In this document: in pieces, positions 1-11,909 of the stretch
How the letters are laid out: the number at the start of each line of letters is the position of its first letter
How positions within the stretch are numbered: position 1 is the first letter of the stretch
Position numbers and translations under genes: made by a program
Source of the DNA: Opitutales bacterium
GTDB lineage: Bacteria; Verrucomicrobiota; Verrucomicrobiia; Opitutales; UBA2987
Assembly: GCA_965226885.1 (NCBI GenBank)
Contig: CBDDEL010000012.1
Location: forward strand, 32,001 to 96,000
Direction of reading: 5' to 3'
DNA: 64,000 nucleotides
Notes under the pieces: model-generated
What the model saw: the letters and a program-made list of their open reading frames with translations, nothing else
What the model was told of the DNA's origin: nothing
Database searches by the model: none

Positions 1-568
1 TTTGCAAAGACAGAACCGCTTCAACCTGGAAGAACCCATAGCGGCCATGTGCGCGGACCGGGGATTTGCCTCCCAGCGGGCCCGCCGGCAGTTAGCCCAG
101 GAGGGAATCTACGACGCGCTCTGTCCACGCGATCCGAAGCAGTTGAAAAAACGGATGGAGGAACCACTGTTCAGACAATTGCAAAAGCGCCGGGCCAGCA
201 CCGAAGGGCGGATCGGGGTATTGAAGAATCGCTGGCAGGCCGGGCGGTTGCGCAGCAAAGGCTTTGCCAACCGCTCGATCAGCGTAGCCTGGTCGGTACT
301 CTCGCACAACCTATGGAAAGTAGCCAAGATGCTGGCCCAGCAAGACGAACTAAAAACCAAAGCGGCGGCCTAGAGAGCGGAAAAGCAAGGACAATACTTT
401 TTCACAGCCGTACTGTCGGCTCATACAAAGAAAACCAGGCAACCGGACCCCAAAACCAGTATCCTAACGTCATAGGAGAGCAAAGTTGATACTCTCCCAA
501 ATGCAAATACCTCTAAAATGAGCGCCTATCAAAAGCCCTCGCAAAAATCACCCTTTTGGGACAACCTG
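1..568 (+). mobile_element. 3' part of an ISNCY/IS5-like DDE insertion sequence (transposase C-terminus 2..373), cut by the window edge
   Basis: Near-identical to the 3' part of the complete copy at 54231-56047; ends with TTTTGGGACAACCTG, matching that copy's inverted repeat. Confidence 0.85.
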
Positions 569-670
569 TAAATAACGGCGAAAAACCTATCGCTCGTTAA
601 ATAATTAATAATACTCTGGTCTCTGGTCCGGTCGGCCAATTTCTAAGCCTGTATGCTCAGTTCCGCCGCT

Positions 671-1516
671 TTAAACTTCAATCATCTCATTGTCGATCAG
701 GCGTGTATTTCCGAATTTTACGGCCAGTGCCAACAAGACCATTCCCATTATCTCTTCAATATTCTCTAAGGTCTCTGTATTCACCATTTCAACGTAGTCG
801 ATTTCCGCTCCCGGGCGTGACTCGATAAGCCGAGTCATTCGAGAGAGTATCTCTCTCCTGGAATGTGACTTTTCAAGCAAAAGCTTCTTGCCCAGTAGTA
901 GCGATTCGTAGAGCACGGGCGCGTGTTTTCTTTCCTCTGCCGATAGATAGACATTGCGGGAACTCACGGCCAGCCCGTCTTTCTCCCGTATGGTTGGCCC
1001 GATAATAATTTCGACGTCCATATTGAAGTCGGCCATCATGCGCTTGATAATCAGGGCCTGTTGGGCGTCCTTTTGGCCGAACACAGAGATATGCGGCCGC
1101 ACGATGTTGAACAGCTTGCAGACGACCGTTGCTACGCCCCGAAAAAAAATGGGCCGGGATACCCCGCAGAGCGGCGTCATCATGTCATCGATGTGCAGCC
1201 AGGTCTTGTAACCAGACGGATACATCGTGGTATTGTCCGGCATAAAGACTACTTCGCAGCCGATACCCTCCAACATTTTCAAATCGCGCTCTATACTCCG
1301 CGGATAGGCAGTAAAATCTTCGTGCGGTGCAAACTGTGAAGGATTAACATAGATACTTACGACCAGGACGTTTGTTTTCTCTTTGGCAATCCGCATAAGA
1401 CTAAGATGGCCCTCGTGCAAATAGCCCATCGTGGGAACAAGTCCGATGGTCTTCCCTGCGCGTCGGTATTGCATCATAAGCTGACGCATCGGCTCTATGG
1501 AATCATATATTTCCAT
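671..1516 (-). CDS. panC: Pantoate--beta-alanine ligase (pantothenate synthetase)
   Basis: Motifs VPTMGYLHEGH, SIYVNPSQF, FGQKDAQQ, REKDGLAVSSRN, TRLIDN. Start placed at MEIYDS (1516), just downstream of panB. Confidence 0.97.
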   Translation of the reverse strand: MEIYDSIEPMRQLMMQYRRAGKTIGLVPTMGYLHEGHLSLMRIAKEKTNVLVVSIYVNPSQFAPHEDFTAYPRSIERDLKMLEGIGCEVVFMPDNTTMYPSGYKTWLHIDDMMTPLCGVSRPIFFRGVATVVCKLFNIVRPHISVFGQKDAQQALIIKRMMADFNMDVEIIIGPTIREKDGLAVSSRNVYLSAEERKHAPVLYESLLLGKKLLLEKSHSRREILSRMTRLIESRPGAEIDYVEMVNTETLENIEEIMGMVLLALAVKFGNTRLIDNEMIEV

Positions 1517-1526
1517 GGAACTCGAT

Positions 1527-2333
1527 TTAATAGCTATGTTCCATGCCCGGGAATTCACCGCTTTTGACCTCTTCAATGTAAGCCGTAAACGCACCCTTCA
1601 TGGTGTCAGCTAGATTGGCATATCGTTTGAGAAACCTTGGTGAGAAGTCCTCGGTCTGACCCAGCATGTCATTCACCACCAGGACTTGTCCGTCACAGTG
1701 CTGCCCGGCACCTATCCCGATAGTGGGTATTGTGAGCGCCTCGCTGATATTTTTTGCCACTTCTGCCGGGATCTTTTCAAGCACCAGAGCAAAGCAACCG
1801 GCTTCTTCCAAAGAAATGGCCTCTTCTGCAATCCGGACGGCTGCGGCTTCGTTTTTACCCTGAAGTTTGAACCCCCCGAACTGGTTAACCGACTGTGGCG
1901 TCATACCTACATGCCCCATCACAGGAATGCCTATACCGGTCAACTGTTTGACCAATGGCGCAATATCCTTGCCCCCTTCAAGCTTTACAGCGTTGGCCCC
2001 GCCTTCTTTTAACATACGGCCTGCGTTGCGAATGGTGTCCTCCGCGGAAACATGATAGCTGAGGAAAGGCAGGTCGGCTATTAGCAAGGCTCGCTTGCGG
2101 CCTCGATTGACCGCTTTAACGTGATAAAGCAATTCGTCCACAGTGATCGGCAGGGTGGTTTCATGACCGGAAAATACCATCGCGGCAGAGTCGCCAACAA
2201 GAATACAATCGATTCCCGAGGCATCCAGGAGTCGTGCGGTTTGATAGTCGTATGCTGTCAGCATGCAGATTTTTTCCGCCTTCCGTTTCATGGAACGCAG
2301 CGATTGAGTAGTTACATTTTCTGATGTAGGCAT
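1527..2333 (-). CDS. panB: 3-methyl-2-oxobutanoate hydroxymethyltransferase
   Basis: Motifs MLTAYD, ILVGDS, ADLPF, VKLEGG, GHVGMTPQ, IGIGAG..CDGQVLV; adjacent to panC. Confidence 0.97.
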   Translation of the reverse strand: MPTSENVTTQSLRSMKRKAEKICMLTAYDYQTARLLDASGIDCILVGDSAAMVFSGHETTLPITVDELLYHVKAVNRGRKRALLIADLPFLSYHVSAEDTIRNAGRMLKEGGANAVKLEGGKDIAPLVKQLTGIGIPVMGHVGMTPQSVNQFGGFKLQGKNEAAAVRIAEEAISLEEAGCFALVLEKIPAEVAKNISEALTIPTIGIGAGQHCDGQVLVVNDMLGQTEDFSPRFLKRYANLADTMKGAFTAYIEEVKSGEFPGMEHSY

Positions 2334-2527
2334 GATTCAAGATAGAATTAAACTGGTCTGGTATAGCGATCAGCAACTGAACGCGATACCTAAATCTACT
2401 GGGCGAACTAGATTATCCTGCGGGCAGAGATGCACACATTGATGGGGGGGGCGGTGCAACCCCACACTGGTAAGAGGCAAGGCGAGCAGGCTCGACAATC
2501 GAAATCGCTTAGGCAAGTTTTGCACAG

Positions 2528-3937
2528 ATGGAACCTTTGCCTCTCGAAGCTCTCGCTTGCCTGCCTCCCCTGCCTTCCGGTTCCCTCAGAAAGCAAATTT
2601 TCGAGAGACAGCGGAAATCGGGATTCAAAATCGTAGTTCTCGACGACGATCCGACCGGAACCCAAACCGTCCACGATGCCAATGTTTTGATTCGTTGGGA
2701 TGAGGAATCGCTGGGGCGGGAGTTCGCCAATCCTGAAAGTATTCTTTACCTGTTGACGAACTCGAGAAGCCTGGCCCCGGCTGAGGCTGAAAAGTTGGCC
2801 TACCGGACTGGACGCCTGATTCGCAAGGTCGAAAGCGCGGTAGGACGGCCTGCATTGGTTATCAGCCGGAGCGATTCCACGCTCAGGGGGCATTATCCCA
2901 TAGAGGTGAAAAGCTTGGCCCAAGCCTTGGGAAAACCGAAAGCTGTCCAGGTGTTGATTCCTGCCTTTATTGAGGGAGGGCGCTATACGATCGACGACAT
3001 ACATTATGTGAGAGAGGGGGATTTTCTGGTTCCCGCCGGCCAAACCGAATTTGCCGCCGACGCGACATTTGGGTATCGGTCCTCAAATCTGATCGATTGG
3101 GTGGTGGAAAAATACTCCGGACGGATTAGCCGGGAAGCCGTTCAGACGATTTCCATTGCCCTGCTTCGAAAAAGAGGACCGAAAGGCGTTACTGAATTTC
3201 TGCTCGGGGCGGATGCCGGATCTGTGGTCATTGTCAACGCGTCCTGTAATGACGATCTCGAAATTTTTGCGTTAGGTTATCTCCAGGCCATCGAGCAACG
3301 CCCGGAATTTATACTGCGCACGGCCGCTTCCATGGTACCCGCCCTGGCCGGTTTGCCCCCAAAGGCATTATTGTCTGTCAATCAGGTTGGGAACCTGACG
3401 GCGAAAGGCCGGGGCGGTTTAATTGTTGTTGGTTCCTATGTAAAGAAAGCCACTGACCAATTGAACCGTTTGCTCGATCAATTCGGCGACGGTGGTTTTT
3501 GCCTGGAGGTTGATTCTCTGCTCGACCCTGAGAAGAAGGTTCCTTACCTGAAATCGATTGCCGAAAAAATCGATCGACGACTGGGCAACGATCAATTGGC
3601 AATTGTTTACACATCCCGCAAGTTGCGAAAAGGGTCGAACTCGCAATCGAGCCTCGAAATCGGACGAATGGTGGCGGACGGCTTGAACAGCTTGGCAGGG
3701 CAGGTCAGAACCCGCCCAAGATTCATCATAGCAAAAGGGGGAATAACGTCCTCTGAAATTGCAGGGCATAGTTGCGGCGCTGCACAAGCCAGGATTATGG
3801 GACAAATCGAGGTGGGCGTTCCTTTCTGGATTCTTCGGGACGGCTCGAAGTTTCCGCAATTACCCTACGTTGTGTTTCCCGGCAACGTTGGAGACAACGA
3901 CGCACTCCTCAATGTCCTGCGGAAAATGAACCCATGA
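2528..3937 (+). CDS. Four-carbon acid sugar kinase family protein (DUF1537, DtnK/OtnK-like)
   Basis: Motifs VVLDDDPTGTQ, TNSRS, SRSDSTLRGH, IAKGGITSS, VFPGNVG. Confidence 0.88.
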   Translation: MEPLPLEALACLPPLPSGSLRKQIFERQRKSGFKIVVLDDDPTGTQTVHDANVLIRWDEESLGREFANPESILYLLTNSRSLAPAEAEKLAYRTGRLIRKVESAVGRPALVISRSDSTLRGHYPIEVKSLAQALGKPKAVQVLIPAFIEGGRYTIDDIHYVREGDFLVPAGQTEFAADATFGYRSSNLIDWVVEKYSGRISREAVQTISIALLRKRGPKGVTEFLLGADAGSVVIVNASCNDDLEIFALGYLQAIEQRPEFILRTAASMVPALAGLPPKALLSVNQVGNLTAKGRGGLIVVGSYVKKATDQLNRLLDQFGDGGFCLEVDSLLDPEKKVPYLKSIAEKIDRRLGNDQLAIVYTSRKLRKGSNSQSSLEIGRMVADGLNSLAGQVRTRPRFIIAKGGITSSEIAGHSCGAAQARIMGQIEVGVPFWILRDGSKFPQLPYVVFPGNVGDNDALLNVLRKMNP

Positions 3938-4084
3938 ATTTTGTCATCCTTTTGAGTGAGAACAAAGGGCCGGAAAAACCATTGACTTTTATTGGCCCCT
4001 AACTATGATGCAAAATTGGTTGGATGGGTATGTTAACGAAAAACGCCACCTTTACTTTGACCAGAAAGACGGAATGAGGACCCA

Positions 4085-4683
4085 ATGAAATATACATGTG
4101 CATTATCGCTTGCAGTCATTTTGGGTGGCGGCACAAGTGTAGCGGCAACCGTAGAGCATGGACGCACCAACTACACCGAGACCGGAAGCGGCAATACTTT
4201 TACCGTGCACAGTCGCGAGGGCGGCTCGGCTGGCTTTGACGTCATCGGTCTGAACAGGGGCGACGTCGAGGTCACATTCACGGGGTCGGCCGACATCCCG
4301 AACGAATTTTCCGGCGGCGTAGCGATCTCCTCACCATTAAGCGCTAACTTCAACAACCTGTTCACACCCGATGGGCACGCAACAACCGCCGTTGATAGAA
4401 ACTCAGCGGGTAATTACTTAATTTCGACGTTTCACGTTACAAGCGGCGTTGAAACAAACGTTGAGGTCGCCGTAGGCTACTTCAAGTACTCCGATGGGTG
4501 GCTCGGGGGTGTTTTCCGTAATACCTCGAACGGCGGACCTCTGGCTGACAGCGTGTCATCATTTGCCCCAGGTGTTTCCCTGGCAGCCGGCACGGTCATT
4601 GATCAGGGAGGCGGCACAACCTTGGTCGATCTTCGGGCGTTTCGGGTGCTGTTGGCAGATGGTGTCCCCGCATCCAGCGCTAA
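4085..4683 (+). pseudogene. Secreted/surface protein, N-terminal fragment truncated by IS1380
   Basis: Signal peptide MKYTCALSLAVILGGGTSVAA and G/S/T-rich sequence; the ORF runs into the IS1380 left end at 4684 and no continuation is present. Confidence 0.7.
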
Positions 4684-7362
4684 CCCGGAAATTTCATAAA
4701 AAAAGTATCGCTGATATGCTTATCTGCTGATATACAGCAGGATAGATTAAACATTAAAGCAATATCAGCGATGACAAAAAGTAAACAATTAGAACTACAG
4801 TTGACAAGGGTAAAAGGCCGCCGTGTGCGGGTTGATTTTAAGGGCGGTGAGGTTACTTCGGATGCCGGGCTGCTTTTGATCCGGGAAGTGGATCGGCGGT
4901 TGGGCTTGACCGAGCAAGCGGCCCGGCAATTAGTAGACAAACGGCAGAAGGGCAAAGTGCGCCATGAGATGCTGGCCATGATCCGGCAGCGCGTTTACGG
5001 GCTGGTGGCGGGCTATGAGGATTTGAACGACTTTGACACCCTGCGCCGCGATCCTTTGTTGCAAACGGTAACGGGGCGCACTGAAGCGTTGGCCAGCGCG
5101 CCGACTTTGTGTCGTTTTGAAAACGGGCAGGATCGGCGGGCAGCCTTTGCCCTGAACGAGTTGCTGGTCGAACAGTTCATGGGATCCTTTGCCGAGGAAC
5201 CCGAAGAGATCATCCTGGACTTTGACGCCACCGACAATCCGGTGCACGGGCTCCAGGAGGGACGTTTTTTCCACGGTTATTATGATCATTACTGTTTTTT
5301 GCGCTGTATGTTTTTTGCGGCGATCAGCTTCTGGTGGCCTACCTGCGGCCCAGCAAGATCGATGCGAGCAAGCATGCCGGGGCCATCCTCAAATTGCTGG
5401 TTAAACGGATTCGCCAAAGCTGGCCCCATACGCGGATTATTTGGCGTGCCGACAGCGGATTCTGCCGGGATCGGATTCTCTCGTGGTGCGAGCGCAACGA
5501 GGTTTATTTTATAGTGGGAACGGCCCGCCATGCACGCTTGCAGCAAGCGGCCCGGCAGTTGCAGGAGCAAGCCAAACAATGGTTCGAGGGTAGCGGCAAA
5601 AAGCAACGGCTGTTTCAGCACTTCGAGTATGGGGCAAAATCGTGGCGGCGCCAACGCCTTATCATCCACAAAGCCGAACACACCGCACAGGGGTCCAACC
5701 CGCGCTTCGTGGTGACGAACCTGCAGGGCGATCCCCAAGAGCTTTACGACAAAGTATACTGTGGCCGCGGTGAGATGGAGAACCGGATCAAGGAACAGAT
5801 GCAATTGTTCAGCGAACGCACCAGCGCGCATAAATGGTGGGCCAACCAGTGGCGATTGCTCTTGTCGGGGCTGGCCTACTGATGTGCACTGGAAAAAGTG
5901 GACACGAGATTCTCCTAAATGGAGAATCGAAGCATGGGAAGAAGACGCTTTAGTATAGAGTTCAAAAATGAGGCAGTTCAACTGATGATACTCGATGGTC
6001 TGAGCGCCACCGAGGTATCGACCAAACTTGGGGTCAACACCAACCAATTGTATAGGTGGAAGAGGCTCTATCTGGACGATCAGCAGGGCGAAGCCACCTC
6101 AAAGCGACAGAGCAGTCCGAAGGAGATGGCGGCCGAGATAGATCGTCTTCGCAAAGAGCTGCGCCGCTCGGAGCGGATCAACCAGATACTAAAAAAAACG
6201 GTGGGCTACTTTGCCAAGGACGAACAATGAAGTACCAGTTTGTCAAAGACAACGAGGGGCGCTTCAAGATCGAGGAAATATGCTCGGCGATGGGGATTTG
6301 TCGCAGTGGCTATTACTGCTGGAGGCCCCGAGCGCCCTCGGCCCGGCGGATCGAGGACGAGGGAATCAAGGGGGCGATCCTGAAGGTACACAAAGAGGCC
6401 AAGGGCCGCTATGGGCATCGGCCAATGCACCGCCATCTGAAGGATGATGAGGGCATCGATTGCGGCCGTGACCGGGCTCTGCGTCTGATGCGTGAAATGG
6501 GAATCAAAAGCACCCAGAGTAAACGCTTTAAGCCATTAAAAACCAACAGTAACCATCCCTATGGTTACAGCCCCAATGTGCTTAAAAAGCATGGCCAGCC
6601 GACCCATATCGACGAGGTCTGGGTGGCGGACACGACCTACCTACGGACCCTGGCCGGTTGGATGTACTTGGCCACGGTGATGGACCTGTTCAGCCGACGC
6701 CTGCTGGGCTGGAGCGTTTCCAACCACAACGACGCGAAGCTGGTTGGCAAGGCCCTCAAAGCCGCGGCCATGACCCGCGGCACACTGCGCACCGGGATTA
6801 TTCATCACAGCGATCGGGGCAGCCCCTACGCCAGCGACGACTATCAGAGGCTGGTCTCTGAACTAGGCATGAAGCCGAGCATGAGCGCCCAAGGCAACTG
6901 CTACGACAACGCGGCCATGGAATCGTTCTACGGCCGCTTCAAGACCAGCACGATTCGAGGCCGCCACTTTGCCGACGAGCGCGAACTGCGATCAACTGTC
7001 TTCGAATACGTGGAAATCTTCTACAACCGATATCGCAAACATTCCTCTCTGAGTTACCAAAGCCCAGTCCAATTCGAGGAAAATATTTGCCCCCCATGGG
7101 GGGCAACGAGAAAACAAAACCCTTTACCAAAACAAGCCGCCTGACACACTAATCAATAAACAATGAATATAAGAGAATCCCGTGTCCAACAAATCCAGTA
7201 CACGTCACTGCCCCCGGCACTACCGAACCAATGGGGGAAAGGGGGCAGTGTCTCTACACCCTGAAAAACACCTAAAAATCAAGACGATCTGCTCAAAATA
7301 CAAAGAAATCCATCTCCAATAGCAATAACGAGCCAAACTTTACCCTTCATGAAATATCCGGG
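4684..7362 (+). mobile_element. Chimeric, inactive IS1380-family element (divergent 5' part with a frameshift near 5300), interrupted by an IS3 element
   Basis: Ends CCCGGAAATTTC...GAAATATCCGGG; transposase pieces at 4771-5514 and 5334-5882. Sequence between GGCCTAC and CTGCCCCC is missing relative to the full copy. Flanks are CTAA and TTAG. Confidence 0.9.
5880..7207 (+). mobile_element. IS3-family element type B (orfA 5919-6230, orfB about 6227-7143)
   Basis: TG...CA termini TGATGTGCACTGG / CCAGTACACGTCA; HTH orfA; orfB motifs WVADTTY, HHSDRGS, DNAAMESF. Confidence 0.93.
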
Positions 7363-8220
7363 TTAGGGCGAAAGGCCCATCTTATAACCTGCCATGATTT
7401 GATGGCTATTCGTTCTGCGCGTGGAGATTTTCAGCAAAATAAAACCTCATTTACCGGACGCATATTGCAAAAATATATATTCAATGGACTCAAGAAGGCA
7501 TCTTTTGTGGCCTGTATTTCAGAAAGCACGAAAAGAGATCTCCATGCTCTTGGCTATGCCAGGCCGGAGCGGACCCAAACTATTCCCTTGGGTTTGAACT
7601 ATCCTTATCATCGCGTAACTTGGAGCGAGGCCGAGCGCTTGCTGGAAAAATTCAATTTACCGGAAAATTGCAAAATTGTCCTGCATGTGGGCAATAATTC
7701 CTGGTACAAAAATCGTGATGGCTTATTGCGCATTTTTAGGGCGGCGAAAAAAAATAAGGCATTGGAATCTGCGGTCCTATTGTTTGTCGGGGCACCGTTA
7801 TCTATAATACAAAAACAGTTTATCCACTCCAGCGATCTGGAGTCCTCTGTTTTTCCTGTTGGAAAGGTTGATGATGAAGAATTGAGGGCTTTTTATTCGA
7901 TTTCAGACGCGTTAGTTTATCCTTCTCACTACGAAGGCTTCGGGTGGCCCCCGATTGAGGCGCAGGCTTGTGGCTGTCCAGTAATAGCTTCGAGCGGCGG
8001 CTCTCTTTTTGAAATACTCAGAGAAAGCGCTATGATATGCGAACCCTTGGAAGAAGAAAATTTTGTCCGCAATCTGGTTTCTGTTTTAAGCTCCGAAATT
8101 TTACGGGAGAAATTGCGAAGTAAGGGATATGAAAACATTAAAAGATTTTCCAGCGATGCAATGTTGGAAAAGTACCTGATGGTTTACGAAGAACTTGCGC
8201 AGGAGTCATCCGAAAATTGA
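7363..8220 (+). pseudogene. Glycosyltransferase family 4, 5'-truncated by IS1380
   Basis: ITCHDL remnant plus KNRDG and YPSHYEGFGWPPIEAQACGCPV motifs; begins abruptly at the IS end. Confidence 0.85.
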
Positions 8221-8265
8221 ATAGCATGATACCACCGGGGAGAGCGGCCCGATAACAGAAAGACG

Positions 8266-9462
8266 ATGAAAGTCCTGTTTTGCACCCACTCGTGCAGTCC
8301 CGCAATTGGCGGACCGAGTGAAACTTTGCGCAATTTGCCTGCCGCGCTGCAATCTATGGGGCATGAGCCCGAACTTCTGACATTAGATTCGCCAGACGGA
8401 GCCTGGTTGAATGATTTCCCCTTTCCGGTGCATGTGATAGGCCCTGGCATTTCCAGCTACGGATACACAAATCGGATGATTCCCTGGTTGATAAGGAATA
8501 TATACCGGTTTGATGCGCTAACCGTTCATGGGCTTTGGCAATACCACGGTTTCGCGGTTCGACAGGTCCTCCAGCCAACCTCGATTCCTTATTATGTTTA
8601 TCCGCACGGCATGCTCAATCCCTGGGCCAAGCGTTATTATCCGCTCAAGCATCTGAAAAAATGGATTTACTGGCATTTGGCTGAATATCGTATCTTGCGC
8701 GATGCCCGCGCTGTTCTATTTACGAGCGAAGAGGAGCGGCGTCTGGCTCGCCAGGTTTTTCGTCTTTATCGATGCAACGAGATGGTAGTCAATTATGGAT
8801 CGATCGGTGCTCAAGGCGATTGCAGACGGCAGAAAGAAATGTTTTTGGAACGTTATCCTCATCTGGAAAATAAAAAGATAATTCTGTTTTTGGGTCGTTT
8901 GCATGAAAAAAAAGGACTCGAATTGCTGTTGAGCGCTTTTGCCCGATTGTTGAGATCGAAGAAGCCCTCGGAAATCCGGGATTACCACCTGGTGATAGCT
9001 GGCGCCAGCCAATACAACTTTTATCTGAAATCGCTCCAGGAATTGGAGGCACGGGAATTTGCTATTATCTCTGGTTCCGAAGAGGTCCCCGTTACCTGGA
9101 CAGGATTGCTGCAAGGAGATTTGAAATGGGGCGCTTTTAGGGCAGCAGACGTTTTTATTTTGCCGTCCCACCAGGAAAATTTTGGCATCGCTGTGGCCGA
9201 GGCATTATCCACCGGAACACCGGTTCTCATAAGCGACGAGGTCAATATCTGGCGTGAGATCAAAAACGATAGGGCCGGGTTTATCGAAGACGACACTCTG
9301 GCTGGTTGCCACCGTTTGCTCAAACGGTATTTAGCGGCAGAGGGAAATGAATGGGAGGCCATGCGGTCGAATGCGCGTAGCTGTTTTTTAAATCGATTTG
9401 AAATTACGAAAGCGGCTGAAAGTCTTCTCCAGGTGATTGAGGAGGGCCTGCCCAGAAAATGA
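8266..9462 (+). CDS. Glycosyltransferase family 4
   Basis: Motifs IGGP, PHGML, FLGRLHEKKG, LPSHQENFGIAVAEAL..GTPV. Confidence 0.92.
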   Translation: MKVLFCTHSCSPAIGGPSETLRNLPAALQSMGHEPELLTLDSPDGAWLNDFPFPVHVIGPGISSYGYTNRMIPWLIRNIYRFDALTVHGLWQYHGFAVRQVLQPTSIPYYVYPHGMLNPWAKRYYPLKHLKKWIYWHLAEYRILRDARAVLFTSEEERRLARQVFRLYRCNEMVVNYGSIGAQGDCRRQKEMFLERYPHLENKKIILFLGRLHEKKGLELLLSAFARLLRSKKPSEIRDYHLVIAGASQYNFYLKSLQELEAREFAIISGSEEVPVTWTGLLQGDLKWGAFRAADVFILPSHQENFGIAVAEALSTGTPVLISDEVNIWREIKNDRAGFIEDDTLAGCHRLLKRYLAAEGNEWEAMRSNARSCFLNRFEITKAAESLLQVIEEGLPRK

Positions 9463-10613
9463 AAATTACCATCGTGCAGGGCGCTTTTTTGCCCGTGCCG
9501 CCATTGTTGGGCGGCGCGGTGGAAAAGGTTTGGCTCGAGTTGGGAAAATATTTTGTCAAAAAAGGCCATGAGGTAACGCATATTTCCAGGCAATTCGGTG
9601 AATTGCCGCTTGAGGAATATCAAGATGGTGTCAGCCATGTGCGGGTGGCGGGGTACAACGCGCCGAAATCCATTGTATTGTTGAAATGGCTCGACTTGGC
9701 CTATTCACGGCGTGTTACCCGGTGGCTTCCCTGCGGCGACATTCTCGTCAGTAATACTTTTTGGCTGCCTGTTTTAATAAGAAATGAAAATTTTGGGCGG
9801 CTCTATGTCCATGTGGCTCGCTATCCCAAAAGACAATTGTGGTTTTATCGTCATGCGGACCGGTTGCAGACTGTTTCCGGGGCCGTGGCCGGGGCAATGG
9901 CCTCCCAGGTTCCTTCGTTGAGTGATAAAATAAAAGTCATACCTAATCCGGTATCGTTAAAACCATTGAAGGAGATGAAAATTATCGGCGATGCGGCCAA
10001 ATTCAATTTGCTTTATGTCGGTCGCCTGCACCCGGAGAAAGGTCTCCACCTGATCTTTGAGGCGCTTTCTTTAATGGCAGCCTTGGAAGTTTCCAAAATC
10101 CGTTTAACAATGGTGGGTCCTTGGGAAGCGGCCCATGGCGGTGGGGGTGAGCCTTATTTGCGTAGGCTTAAACAACTGTCGGCCAACTGCGATTGCCGGA
10201 TTGAGTGGGTTGGGCCCGTTTTTAATGCGGATGAGCTGGATTCATATTACCGAAAAGCCGACCTTTTTCTCTATCCATCTCTGGCGGAGAAGGGTGAATC
10301 TCCATCTCTGGCGGAGAAGGGTGAATCCTTTGGCTTAGCCCCATTGGAGGCGATGGCCCACGGTTGTCCCGCATTGGTTTCGGCGTTGGGATGTTTCGAG
10401 GACTTTATCGAAGACGGCAAAAATGGATTTGTCTTTAACCATCGTTTACCCTCCCCTAGGGAAAGCCTGGCCGTAAGACTGAAGGAAATCCTAACTCAAC
10501 CGGAATTGCTGGCCACGGCCGGGATAAATGCCCATAATACAGCAAAAAATTTTTCCATTGAAAAGGTGGCGTGTGCCTACCTTGAAGATTTTCAATCCCT
10601 GTTGAGCATGTGA
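9459..10613 (+). CDS. Glycosyltransferase family 4 with an in-frame 27-bp tandem duplication in the donor-binding motif
   Basis: Motifs GGAVE, YVGRLHPEKG, PSLAEKGES x2 followed by FGLAPLEAMA; ATGA overlap with the upstream gene. Confidence 0.9.
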   Translation: MKITIVQGAFLPVPPLLGGAVEKVWLELGKYFVKKGHEVTHISRQFGELPLEEYQDGVSHVRVAGYNAPKSIVLLKWLDLAYSRRVTRWLPCGDILVSNTFWLPVLIRNENFGRLYVHVARYPKRQLWFYRHADRLQTVSGAVAGAMASQVPSLSDKIKVIPNPVSLKPLKEMKIIGDAAKFNLLYVGRLHPEKGLHLIFEALSLMAALEVSKIRLTMVGPWEAAHGGGGEPYLRRLKQLSANCDCRIEWVGPVFNADELDSYYRKADLFLYPSLAEKGESPSLAEKGESFGLAPLEAMAHGCPALVSALGCFEDFIEDGKNGFVFNHRLPSPRESLAVRLKEILTQPELLATAGINAHNTAKNFSIEKVACAYLEDFQSLLSM

Positions 10614-11162
10614 ACGAAAAATCGAATTTGAATAGCATGGAGCAGGCGTCCAAGTACGCCAGTCCCTGGACCTTCCACCAGCGTTGTTTGATGGCGCTTT
10701 GGAGTTTGTGCTGGGCGCTGTTCTGCACTTGGACACCAAAACCCTTCAACCTGTGGCGGCTTTTCTGGCTGCGATTATTGGGGCCCATTTAGAGGGAGTT
10801 CCGTTTATTCACCAACGAGCGCGTATCACAATACCCTGGAACCTGACTATGGGGGATCGGGCCTGCCTGGGAGATCGGGCTCACGCCTACAGCCTGGGCG
10901 AGATTGAAATCAAAGCTCATGCCACGGTGGCCCAAGAGGTTTATTTATGCGCTGCAACGCATGATTTTGAGCTTCCCTCCATGCCGCTGACGGTCGGTAA
11001 AATAACTGTTGAGGAAAATGTCTTTATCGGCGCCCGGGCATTTATCCTACCTGGAGTGACTATTGGCCGCGACTCCATCATCGGGGCCTGTTCTGTGGTG
11101 ACAAAAGACATGCCTGCCGGAATGATTTGTCACGGGCATCCTTGCAAGCCGATCCGGCCTAG
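10610..11162 (+). pseudogene. WcaF-like hexapeptide-repeat acetyltransferase, frameshifted and 3'-clipped by IS1380
   Basis: N-terminal part (WTPKPFNLWRLFWLRLLG) and C-terminal part (PWNLTMGD, LCAATHD, FIGARAFILPGVTIG) are in different frames, with the shift near 10783. Confidence 0.82.
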
Positions 11163-11909
11163 CCCGGATATTTCATGAAGGGTAAAGTTTGGCTCGTTAT
11201 TGCTATTGGAGATGGATTTCTTTGTATTTTGAGCAGATCGTCTTGATTTTTAGGTGTTTTTCAGGGTGTAGAGACACTGCCCCCTTTCCCCCATTGGTTC
11301 GGTAGTGCCGGGGGCAGCACCAATGCACCCTTTAGGTTGGCACCAATCGGCGGGCCGCATGGTTGAAAAGACTGGCCCAAGGATAACTCTCACTTAGGTG
11401 AAAGTGAATCGTTCGGGTGTTGCGCACGATGACCGCTCCGATCTTGATTAATTTGAGCCGCAGGGTGTGGCATTGGGCCCGCGCCCACTTCGTCCCTTTT
11501 AAGGCTAACCGGCGCATGGCTTCCATCAAGGTGTAGGCCAGCGCCGACAAGAGCAATCGCCACTGATTGGCCCACCATTGATGGGCGCTGGTGCGCTCGC
11601 TGAACAATTGCATCTGTTCCTTGATTCGGTTCTCCATTTCACCGCGGCCACAGTATACCTTGTCGTAAAGCTCCTGGGGATCGCCCGGCAGGTTCGTCAC
11701 CACGAAGCGCGGGTTGGACCCCTGTGCGGTGTGTTCGGCTTTATGGATGACCAACCGCAGCCATCGCCACGAATCGGCAGCATAGACGAAGTCCTGGAAT
11801 AACCGTTGTTTTTTACCCCTTAGTTCGAACCATTCTTTGGCCTGCTTTTGCAACTGCTGGGCGTCTTGCTGCAAGCGTGCATTGCGAGCCATCCCCACGA
11901 TGTAACTAA
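11163..11909 (-). mobile_element. IS1380-family element, 3' half only
   Basis: Right end at 11163 after CTAG; breaks at the internal site GTAACTAA. Confidence 0.92.
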
